From assembly GCA_905178155.1 (NCBI GenBank), contig CAJINV010000002.1, positions 1,339,809 to 1,403,808 on the forward strand: a stretch of 64,000 nt of DNA, written 5' to 3'. How positions within the stretch are numbered: position 1 is the first letter of the stretch; every line of letters starts with the position of its first letter. Position numbers and translations under genes: made by a program. The stretch comes from Amoebophrya sp. A120 (lineage: Eukaryota; Protista; Dinoflagellata). The notes beneath the pieces are model-generated. The model had not been told where the DNA came from and ran no database searches. It worked only from the letters and a program-made list of their open reading frames with translations. Shown here piece after piece: positions 51,301 through 62,600 of the stretch.

Positions 51301-53168
51301 GCACCTTTCGCAGCAAATACGCCCTCAGCTGCGGCTCGCCGTTGTTGCTCAGGACGGGGAAGGAGGACGAGTTGTCGGTTGTAGCAGGTGGCGCTAATTG
51401 AGCAGGTCCTGCTGAAAAACTACTTCCTGCGCTAGGTGTGGTCAAGCTCGTTGATGATACAGACACAGAAGACGCCGGGTCGCAGCTGGAACACTCAATT
51501 GCAGCCGATGTTGGTCCTCGTCCTGTTGCTTCCGCCCTGTTGGTACCTGATCCATGATGTGATTTGGGTAGCATTTTGCTTATCATGGCGCGAACACAAA
51601 CTCCTTCCCAAATCTCCGCAGTGCTGGCGCCCCAAGGGCTCACCGCTTTCTTCCTCTGTTCGTATGTTTCACAAGGTCACACCCTTCACAGTGGCGGACT
51701 CCGGATCTGTATCAAAGTGCATCTGCGCTGCTTCGCAGCGTCCTGTGTACAACTAAATACAGTCGCGGGGCGCGCAACAGGGACCGCACCGCAACGCCCG
51801 CGCCACAGAGGTGGCTGCGGGGCGTCGCACTTGTCCGCCCACAGACGTGGGTCGAACTGTGCTCCAGCACTGCACAGAGAGGTAACAGCGCCGGGTGCAA
51901 CAGAGGCTGCAACAAGTCCCGGACCCTCCCCAACAGAGGTCGCTAGCGGGCAGTGGCGGGCCATTGCGTCGCCGGAGAGAGGGGCTACGCGCCCGCTAAA
52001 TCATATACATTCGCGTCATAGACGTCAGGATGTGCCTTGCTAGTGTGTAAACATAAAGACAGGTAGTCAGCAATAACGCGCGCGCGTTTGTCGAACAAAC
52101 ACGCACACGCGCAGTCCTCCGTTCCACATTGCGTATCGCCATCGGCGTGGGCATTGGCGTCGGTACTGGCTGTGTCCTTAGTCCGGCTCCCCCGGGTTCA
52201 CCATTTTTGTAGGCGAGGGCTGGCCACGGGAGAACAAAAATGGGGCCACAGAGGTGGTTAGCCCATTCCGGCCCTCACGAGGTTCGCGCCAAGTAATGCT
52301 GCGCGACCTAGTCCTATCTGTGATGCTTAGAATGTGATGTCTCGAGTTTGTTGTCTAGATTGGGAATGAATTAGGTACCTTGTGCAGCCGATGTTGGTCC
52401 TCGTCCTGTAGCTTCTTCGGCACTTGTTGGTGTTGCTGAAGGGGTGGTAGCGACTCCCGACGTCTTCACAGAAATCTGCCGTGACTGCAAATGGAGGACC
52501 TTGATCAAGTCCATCAGCAGAAACTTTTGTTTCTGATGAACACCAATTGAAGGAGTGGGTGTAGTAGAAGAGGACTTGTTCTTTAGCTTCGTGTTCTTCT
52601 TTCCTGTCGAAGTAGTAGAGGCGCAATCTCCAATATTTTTCCGCGGTTTCCAGTTGTTCAGCACGATGCGAAGAATTCCGTTCTCCCAAGAGTCGTAATG
52701 GCGAAAAAAGAAAATCAGCTTTGGCACCCGATATTCGTATTTCTCATTGTGAATATGATTTCTTTTCATCATGGTCGTGAAGGGGTTTTTGATTTGCTCC
52801 CCGTCGGTCCGCTGCATGGCCTTATACAGGTCAGAAGCGAAGGACGTCAGCACAAAGGAAGACCACAGTGGTCTAGTTGTATCAGGTTCTTGTGCGGCAG
52901 AAACAGGTTGTCGTGTTATTTGGTGCCTCGGCAACACATCATGACCAGCATCACCAGCCCTGCGCCCGCTCAAACAGACCATTTTCGCGTTCCTTAGGGG
53001 CACCATCACCACCGCGGCCGCAAATAATAGGTCCGTGTAAGGCTGAGCCGCCAGCGAAAGAACGAGCATCATGGCCGTGCCGGTCGCTATGGTCCAGGAG
53101 CGCCGGTCCTGGCGCAAACGCGTGCTTCTTGAGGCCGTTGCCATGTTGGAGGCGAGTTGTAGTGCCAA
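48344..53168 (-). CDS. Hypothetical protein, ~1260 aa, 3 exons, with a hydrophobic N-terminal segment
   Basis: ORF 52371-53168 joins 50036-51643 via GT-AG intron 51547-52378. Introner 49867-50059 joins RGWQ|RLFPQ. Exons total 3795 nt, divisible by 3. The true start may be the ATG at 53144, and the 3' end is uncertain. Confidence 0.7.
49867..50059. mobile_element. TIR introner, family B
   Basis: TATGCA(A/G)(C/T)GCAAAA TIR. TSD CTGCC at 49862-49866 and 50060-50064. Confidence 0.9.
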
Positions 53169-53984
53169 TGGCTTTTTCCCGTCTGTGTCGTTGCTCGTCT
53201 CCTGCTGCGCGGTTTGGAGCCCTGGCGCGACCCCCTACTTCAGCCAGCTGCTACTGCTGCTCCGCCTTTTATTTCTCAGATAGCTGGGGCGGCAGGATGT
53301 TGAAAAAATTTCAACTATTTCGGTTTTCATTTTTTCATGATTGGCACACCTGAATATCAACACTTCGCTGTACTGATCTAGCCTGGTAAAACTAAGCATG
53401 CTGCTTTCGCGAGAGAATAAATCTATCCGTGGTTCTTTCTACACTAATCAACAACATCCGGGAACGAATTACTTGACAAACTAATTTTCATTTCGTAGTA
53501 TTCAAACGGCCTTGTCTTCTGCACATCACGAAACTTCTTTTTAAGATAGCATAGTTCTTGACAAGAACTTCTTGTCCTGTGATAGCAATGAAAATAGAGA
53601 GGAACCTGAAGGAAAAATAAAAGAGCGCGATGGATATAGCAAGATGTAGTTCCTAGAGACGGATTTCGAACTGCCTTTTATTTCTGTCCATGTTGATCTT
53701 GTTCTGTTCGAAGAATTAAAATAGGAAAACCAAAACAACGCTGCAAGCTAACAAAAAAAATCGGTGATAAATGGAGATCTGCTACTGCGTAAGATTGATA
53801 TTATGGAAATTTGCATGCAAATTTGAACTTCTGTGGGCGAAATCAGATAAAGCTGAAAAAATTTGAATGTCGCTGCCGTTTGTCAGGTCGCTTGTATAGA
53901 GCACGCTTGTGATCTTCACACGGAACAACAAAACTTGGCACAGTACTTCTTGCTCTCGCAAGCATTTGTGTTCGTGAGGATACA

Positions 53985-55140
53985 ACGCGCCGCAGCGCAG
54001 AGACCGCAGGCGAAGGGCGGGACCTGCGCGGCACGGCAGCCAAGGAAGTCCTGCTGACTGGTGGCCCGGCGCGGTCGCGAACGGAAGATAGACGGGGCGG
54101 GGAGGCCCGGCAGGGCATGGACCATCTGCGCCGACCTAGCGGCAGTGCCTTCCTACCGCAATCGGGCGGCGCACGGCCGGCCCGCCCGGGACACGCCGGG
54201 CGGCAGAGCGCGCGGGGCCGCTAGCCTGGCGCGCGCTTGCGCTACCCGCGCTACCCACGTCAAAGGGCCATCGCCTTACCCGCGCCAACATGGCGGGGCT
54301 GCCTTGTGTGTCAATACCACCGCCGACGCTTCGTTGCGGCGGCGGGGCAGCGGCAGGCCGTCACGGTCGCGGTAGTCGACTGGGGGCCGCCCCGCCCGCG
54401 CGCTCCCCTTGCTTGGGTCAGTCTTTTCCGCGGCTCCGCCTAGGTGCTCGGGGTGGCACTGATACCAGTTCAGGCGCCCCCGCAACGTCTCCAGCCCGCT
54501 TGTCGGTCGATTCCGGCCGCGGCATTGTCCCACAGCCCCTCGCCCCTCATCAAAACGCTGCGCGCCTGCAGTGCGTTCTGCCCTTCTCCGGCACCCTGGG
54601 GCCGGCCCACTGCTTCAGTGGGGGGACAAGCTGCCCGGGGTCCAACTCGGTGCAAGCAACACCGCGACCCGCCGCCCCCGCCTGTGGGCTTCCACCCGCT
54701 CGCAAGCCCGGCGCCGGCCAACTGGGGCCGAACACACAGGAAGCCAGCACAGGCCTGCGCGTTTTCGCGGGCGGGCCGGGCCAGCGCGGCACACCAGGCG
54801 GGCCCTGCCTGCCCATCCTCCTCGGCGCAGAGACTTATGGGCAAGGGCGCCGGGGCCGCCGCGCTACGCCGCGAGCGTGCCTCGCCTTCGAAGGAGTGAG
54901 GCCCCTATTGGTTGGCGGGGGTCCCGTCCGCTATCATGACGCGGCTGCAATGAATGGGGGCTCCACTCCGACACACAGGCCGACCGAGTGCGCCCGGCGC
55001 GGTGCTTGTGTACCCGGTGGCACACCAGACACCCCCCGGGAGGATGTCATGGCTTCCCTGCGTCGTTATGCCATGGAAAAGGCTGCGCGCCCTAGAGCTT
55101 ACCGCTAGCCCGCATTACCTGCGCGCCTCGATGGCGCCCA
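53985..55140. other. GC-rich island, apparently non-coding
   Basis: Abrupt shift to very high GC with only overlapping Arg/Gly/Pro/Ala-rich shadow ORFs. Similar islands lie at ~590-1260, 1680-2200, 2890-3420, 24920-25250, 25990-26740, 31480-32530, 51760-52310 and 62414-63260. Confidence 0.7.
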
Positions 55141-56654
55141 GCTTTGGCAGTGTTTTAATGGCTGGGGATTTCATACAGGACTAAGAACGTTCGCCGCGCA
55201 CCATCTAGATCGGTGGCCTTCTCCTCGTTTCGTCGGTGATATATCGCCGCATTGGAAATCAAGGGCAACGATCGTAGGCGTCATCCTGCGTCAAAGATCT
55301 TTGACACGGACATAAAGCCAGTTGACAAACGAACGCACGCTTTGTGGCAAGCGACTGATCCTTCCGAACAAGGCTTCTCATCCGAGAAAGCCGAAAGCTG
55401 TCGATAATTCATCCTATATCGCCACGTGGGCGTTCCCGTTCGTAGTACTTCTATGAAGTGGTGAATCTGGATTTTTTTTGCTTTTTTTCTTTTTTTAGTG
55501 CAAAAATGGTAGAGCTTCAAGATGAATTTTCAGCGTCGCGACAAGAAGTTGTAGTTTTGGCATTAATCTTGTCCGTACTTCTGTAGCTGCAGGAGCTGCC
55601 CCTATTTGTTCCATCTTTTCCTTTTTAACAACAACAGAACCTACTTCCTGAGGTCGTGTCTACTCCGCCCCTTAAGTTGTAATTCCTGTCTATATGAAAA
55701 AAGGAGGAGCCTAGTTGTGTAAGGATTGTTGCGTGGCCAACTACAATGGACCAATGTACTGCTTCACAAGCAGAAGTGACATTCGGGGAGAAGTGTCTTC
55801 ACGCTGCAGAAAGAATCTTTCACCCCTCTACCAATAGTACTAGTACACGACCACCGTCAAACCGTGGGCGCCCCCATCGACCCCGAGCCCTCATTTGCCT
55901 GTGCAAGTTAAAAAATCGAGGAAGGTTAGCCGTGACGTCACCAGCAATAGCAAAGCTATAGTAGTAGAAGTTGAGCGAAGTGCTGCATCAGCTTGAAAAT
56001 CTTACCATTTCTGCAATTTTTGATTTATTTTAGAGTGCTGTGTGTAGTTGGAGAGATGAAGTCGGTCGCTTTTTGTTTTTCTGTTTTTCTGCGCTTGTCT
56101 TGTATAAAAGCTGTATTGTAAATCTGTAATTTCCGTAATATTCCGTGTAGTTTTAGCTTTCTTGATTGAGGTAGTACGATAATTTGTTTTCGCAAAATTA
56201 AAATTTGTTGGTGGAGAAAAAAACATTCGTAAAAATGATGTCGCTAGGTTCTTTTTTGAAAACGCAAGAAGATTTCGTGTTCTTTGCTGGATGAAATTCA
56301 AATTTAAATGTCGTGTGTAATCGCAATACATTTTACGTGAGAATGAGCTATGAGTACTATGTAGGTTTTGTCAACAACATTCTTCGCTACGTAGTCTTTG
56401 TCTTTCTGTCAGATGAAAGAATATACTTTTTTGCCTATAAAAATACAGTCGCGTTGCCGCTTGTTTAGGATACTGTAGATACAGATTTTTGTCGTGTTCC
56501 AGCTATGGCGGAAAAGAAGAAAAAGTTTATGCGACTTTCATATTTTTGTCATCTTTTAGCTTTACCTTTATCTTTTTAATACGTGAAAAAAATCATCGTC
56601 AACGTCGAAGCTGCCTGGAAGTTGTACCATAGTTCTAGTTTCCATTCATCTCCT

Positions 56655-59600
56655 TCAGGGTAAATAGTCCTTAAACATTCCTCCATAAGCCTTTTTGTAA
56701 TCGAACTCAAACACCCGGCACGCGCGGATCGGGATTTCATGATAGGGTATGTCGTCCGGCTGTTCCAAGGTGAAACCCAAATTCTTCCAGAAATTGCACA
56801 CCGAATTGACTTCCTTCTTTTCCTCAGACGCCGCACACACGGTGACAATCCGGACGTGCTTCGGCTTCCCCAATTCCCGCATCTGTCGCTGGTAAATCGC
56901 CTCCCGACGCTGGTATTCATCGGTCATCAGTTTTCGCACGAAGTTGAAGCGGCGGCGGGGGAGGTCCGACTCGTCGTCAGAATCGACATTCTCGGAGCAA
57001 TGAGTCGTGTCTTTTTTGTTCACTTTCTTGTTATTGACATCCAGCCCGGTTCTACTAGCACTACTACCTCCACCAGCGGGAGCTGCCCCGCTCAGGTTGC
57101 TGTTCTTTCCCGCTGTCGCGCGGTTGTGGTTCTTACTGTTTTCTTGCTCCTGCTCAAGGACGCAGTCGCGTCGCGGCCGCTTGCGGACCGGCTGGAGAGC
57201 GTCCTCATCTTCGTCATCGTTCTTCTGTGGTTGTACTTGTTGCGGTCGTGGATTTTCCGTGCTGTTCTTTTGGACGGTCTTCGTCGTATTCTTGGTGGTA
57301 TTTCCATCAGACAGTAGGTCCACTTGATGCCCAGTACCAAGAGCGCTTTTCAGCTGGTTGTCCTTGTTGTCCTGAACATCCTTATTTTTACCACCGTTGT
57401 CGGCTACGGCTGCATCCCGCTGCTTGTTGTCTCCACCTCCACCACCTTCTGCCGACGATAGTTGTACCGTCATCGCCGCGGCTGCTTTACTCTTTTCCTG
57501 TCGCCTCTTTTCCTTCATTTTCTTCAGTTTTTCCCCACGCTCAAATTCCATCACCCTGCGGTTAATCTCATATGCTGGGAGATTTTGGTCGATCAAGTGC
57601 GAAATGGAATGCAACCAGGTCTGGGTCTAGATGAGTGCCGACGTTTGTCATGGTGTTTTTCTTTCACGCAGACGGTCTGGCATGCAAGCGCTCGCATTAC
57701 AGGTTCTGGAAAGCATGTCGCGTTTCTATGCCCAACCCGCATGACAAATGTCCACCTCTTTCGGTGGCAAGAAGAAGAGATGAGCAACTTCATATTTTAT
57801 ATTCATTGCTCTCCATGCATGACAAACTTTTGTGTGATCTGGAATGCGCATTGCAAGTTAGCACTCATTCTTCCAGACCCAGACATACTTGCAACGCATA
57901 TGCGACTCGAGGTTCAGCCGTTTCACCAACATCTCCACCAATTTCGAGCCCGCATTGGAACTCCGGTAGTGGAACTTGGTAACGAAGAAGCAGATCATGA
58001 AGATCCGCTGCGCTGTATGCATTACAAAAGTACCGCACGTAGTAAAAATTGCATGACAAATCAATGTCCTTAGCGGTAGGAATGAAAGTTGTAATGCGGA
58101 TTTACCTTAAGAAAAATATTTGTAATGCATGACCGTAGTTGCTACGAGCACGATACTTTTGCGGTGCGTACTCAGGATCCTTCGTCGATTTCGTGTCGAT
58201 GCACACCGCCGCGGTTTGCACCCGGTCGGAGTTGTTTTATGCATTGCAAATATGTTTGGGTCCGGAGACTTGTGATGCAAATCTACGAATTGTGAACACC
58301 CTACAATATGCAGCCCAGCATGACAAGTTTTTGCGCTGCTGTGTGTTTCGTCTTTCGCATGACAAACTGCGTTTTTGCATGACAGGCAAGAGGCCCTTTC
58401 CTGCTCATGCATCACAGATTTGAGAGTCATGCAAGACAAGCATGACAAACTTGCACTCTTCCAGACCGAGACCCGGACACATTTGCATGTGATATGTTTT
58501 GTTTCAGCGCGATTAGGGAAAATTCGTCACGAAAATTCCCCTGTTGCCGGATAAATTGGTTGCAGATCAGATCGTAAGCCTGCTTCAGCAGACTGAGTCC
58601 GAAATTCGCCTGCATGGCTAACAGTTGTTCCATGGTGTACAGCTGTGAATCCAACACGTGCGAGATCCGCGCCGTCGGCTTCACCTTCTTCTGCCCCAAC
58701 TGCTCCTTCAACTGCTCCGTCGGTTGTTCCCAAAAAGCGTTCCTGTTTTGCGCGTGATTTCTCTTGCCGAAGGAGAGTTGTAAATGATTCTTCGCGTGAA
58801 AGGCACTGGCATCCAACATTGGCTTTTTTTCCAGGAGCACGGCCTGGTCGTTTGCGTGGTTCAGCGTTTGATTCATTTTCGCAGCTTCGAGAAGCAGATT
58901 CTGCTGTTGCCGCTCGGTGGTAGGAACTACAATTGGGTTAAGATTTTGCTTTTCCTTTTCACTTTTATCCGTAGTAGTACCAGTTGTACTAGATGTTGAG
59001 GCAGAACTATGGACAACCGCCGGCTCTTCTAACTTGTAGATTTTTTGCCGCAGAAAGTCCTGCGTGATGTGGTACTCCTGTTGCACGACATTCTCGTAGT
59101 TTTCCGCAATAAATTGATGCAGTTCCACGCTAGAACATCCTCCAATAATTTTCCCCCCCGAGCTAGAAAGCGTCGTGTTTCCGGAATGCAAGCCCGGAGC
59201 GAAGAACACGTCGTGGTTTTCTTGCTGAAGGAAAATTTTTCTAGCCTGGGAAGCTGAACAAGAAGACGAAGAAGCCACTTGATTTATTTCCGGAGTGCCG
59301 CTCTTTTTCTTGTTCATCTCAGACGGCGCGAGGACGTTTTGTTTCTGTTTCCCGTGTTCATCATTGTTCTGCTGCTTCCTCATCTTGTTCAGCATTCCGA
59401 AAGATGATGATGTTGAAATGAAAGAAGATGAAACTCCCGACACCTCCACAGGACCACGACGAGACACCTGGTTAGTATTTCTCGAGTTCGCCAGCGTCTG
59501 CGGATTCACTTTCACGAGCTGAAACTCGCCGTTTTCATCCTCAATGAATTGCTCAACCTTCTCGGTGGTCGATGAAGAGCTGTCGTGGGGTGTTGCTTTC

Positions 59601-62600
59601 TGAAGAGATGGCGCAGCTGCGGCGGCAGGAGCTTTGTTGTTGATGCAATCGGATGTTGTATTTGGGCCGTTCTTGGTTACGGTCGGGGTAGTTCTGGTGA
59701 TACCTACTTCCGGCTTCTTCTCAGGCGCCGGAAAAACTTCATTTGTTTCATTTTCATCTGCATTTTCTTCATTCTTTTTGACCTCCTTCATCTCTTTCGC
59801 CGCAACACCCTTCAGTACCTCTTCGCCGTTGCCGGAAGCCGTCGAAGATTCTTGAGATCGTTATGAAATGCAAAAGCATCGTACTAGTATAAATCGCATG
59901 ACAAATTTCCTCAGCATGAGAAATGAAATTTGTAATGCAGATTTGCCTTGGGAGCAAGATTTGTAATGCAAGATTCGCATTTATACGAGTACGATACTTT
60001 TGCACAGGATAATCGTTCCAACTTCGCAATAAACTCCGCCATGTCGGCTCGATCCTTGGTCGTATCGGCCTGGAACCAGATGGCGTTATCCTGTGCAAAA
60101 GTATCGTACTCGTAAAAAAAACGCATGACAAATTTCCTCAGCATGAAAAATAAAATTTGTAATGCGGATTTCCCTTAACGCCTAGATTTGTAATGCATGA
60201 ATGCAATTGCTACGAGTACGATACTTTGGCACAGGATAGGCGTTCCCGTGCTGCAAAATCCCCGCGTAGTGCCGGTTCTCCAAAAACGGAAACTGCGTGT
60301 CGCGTTTCTTCACGACCCCACCGGAATATTCTGTGCAAAAGTATCGTACTCGTAGTAATCGCATTTATGCATTACAAATCCCTTTTTCAAGGTGAAACAG
60401 CATTACAAATTTGATTTGTAGTGCTGGGCTAATTATTTGTAATGCAATTTATACTAGTACGATGCTTTTGCATTGCATACGGAATGCAGGTCAACAAAAA
60501 AAGACTCGTCGGTGAAATTCGGGGATGAAACTTTCTGTTTCAATTCTTCGGAGAGTATGTCGTTTACCCCGGGTTTGTTCTTGTTTTTCAACGTGTTATT
60601 CATCGGTTGATCGACTACCCCCGGTAGTTGCTTATGCTGTTGACTCCCAGATGACAGGAATAGACTTGTCATCTTCTGCGCACCGGTAGAACAAGTACTT
60701 CCACTTGCGGCTGCAACAGCCAAGGCCGTGTTTGTTGTTGAAGTCGCAGGTTGTCCCGTGATTGCTGGTAGGCCAAAGTTTTCCAGAAACAGCGATCCTG
60801 GAGGGTGGAGTGCTCTGTTGTAGTCCAGAATTTCATTTTTCAACAGCAAATATGTCTGGGTCTGGAAACTTGCAATGCTGCGTTGGGAATGGTGAATGCT
60901 CTGTGTAATGCACAGCCAAGCATGAGAAATATCTGCGCTTCTTTGTGTTCTTGCGTTTTTCCCATGACAAGCTGCGTTTTTGCATGACAGGCAAAGGGTT
61001 CTCTTCTTGGACATCACGCATCACAAACTTTTTGGTCGTGCCAGACCAGCATGGCAAATCGTGCATTCTTCCAGACCCAGACATTCTTGCATTTGATACG
61101 GGCACCGCCATCGCCAAATTGGTCTTCTTCTCGGCCTTTGCGTGCTTTTCCTGTTCCAGCTGGTGCTGCTTTTCCGCGTTGCTCTGCGCGGTAGCGGAAA
61201 TGAGGTATGGATGTGTCAGGATTTAAATCGACAAAGTTGAAATAATAACTTGCAATGCATAAAACGGATGAAAGTTGTATTAACCTAACCCAGTTTCCAA
61301 CTGGCGCATGACAAATTTGGGTAGACAAAAAAAAACAGTCTGTCATGCTGTTTGGGTAAGGAAGGCGCCTTTTGTCATGCTACTTTAGCAGCTCAGTTTC
61401 TACTTACCCCTCAACAGGCTTACAATCTGCCTCACTTGCCTCCTCTGCAGGAGAGGCACTCTGTGGGCTGCATTTTATGCATGACAAACTATTACAACTT
61501 TGACGATTTCAATCCCTCCTGCTTGGTATCTTTATCCGCCTCGACGTCCAGAATTGCTGGTAGGCCGAAGTTTTCCAGAAACAGCGATCCTGGAGGGTGG
61601 AGTGCTCTGTTGTAGTCCAGAATTTCATTTTTCAACAGCAAATATGTCTGGGTCTGGAAACTTGCAATGCTGCGTTGGGAATGGTGAATGCTCTGTGTAA
61701 TGCACAGCCAAGCATGAGAAATATCTGCGCTTCTTTGTGTTCTTGCGTTTTTCCCATGACAAGCTGCGTTTTTGCATGACAGGCAAAGGGTTCTCTTCTT
61801 GGACATCACGCATCACAAACTTTTTGGTCGTGCCAGACCAGCATGGCAAATCGTGCATTCTTCCAGACCCAGACATTCTTGCATTTGATACGGGCACCGC
61901 CATCGCCAAATTGGTCTTCTTCTCGGCCTTTGCGTGCTTTTCCTGTTCCAGCTGGTGCTGCTTTTCCGCGTTGCTCTGCGCGGTAGCGGAAATGAGGTAT
62001 GGATGTGTCAGGATTTAAATCGACAAAGTTGAAATAATAACTTGCAATGCATAAAACGGATGAAAGTTGTATTAACCTAACCCAGTTTCCAACTGGCGCA
62101 TGACAAATTTGGGTAGACAAAAAAAAACAGTCTGTCATGCTGTTTGGGTAAGGAAGGCGCCTTTTGTCATGCTACTTTAGCAGCTCAGTTTCTACTTACC
62201 CCTCAACAGGCTTACAATCTGCCTCACTTGCCTCCTCTGCAGGAGAGGCACTCTGTGGGCTGCATTTTATGCATGACAAACTATTACAACTTTGACGATT
62301 TCAATCCCTCCTGCTTGGTATCTTTATCCGCCTCGACGTCCAGAATTGCTGGTAGGCCGAAGTTTTCCAGAAACAGCGATCCTGGAGGGTGGAGTGCTCT
62401 GTTCTTGTATCTAGCACGGGCGGTCGCTCCGCGACCGCCGGAGAGGTATGGAGGAGACAAGGACGCGATGGGCCCGATTTCATACTAGGAAGGTTGCATT
62501 CCTCGCGGGGAAGGGGCAGGAGGCGATACGCGTACCCCAAGCGGGTTTGTCCCTGGGCGCCGGCGACCACTAGAGCCTCACGCCCGACGCCCCCTGGCCC

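Noticed and set aside
5958-61890. Recurrent peptides CKYVWVW, QICLGL and LQKYRTR as a protein domain
   Set aside because: They are translations of the introner TIRs, not protein.
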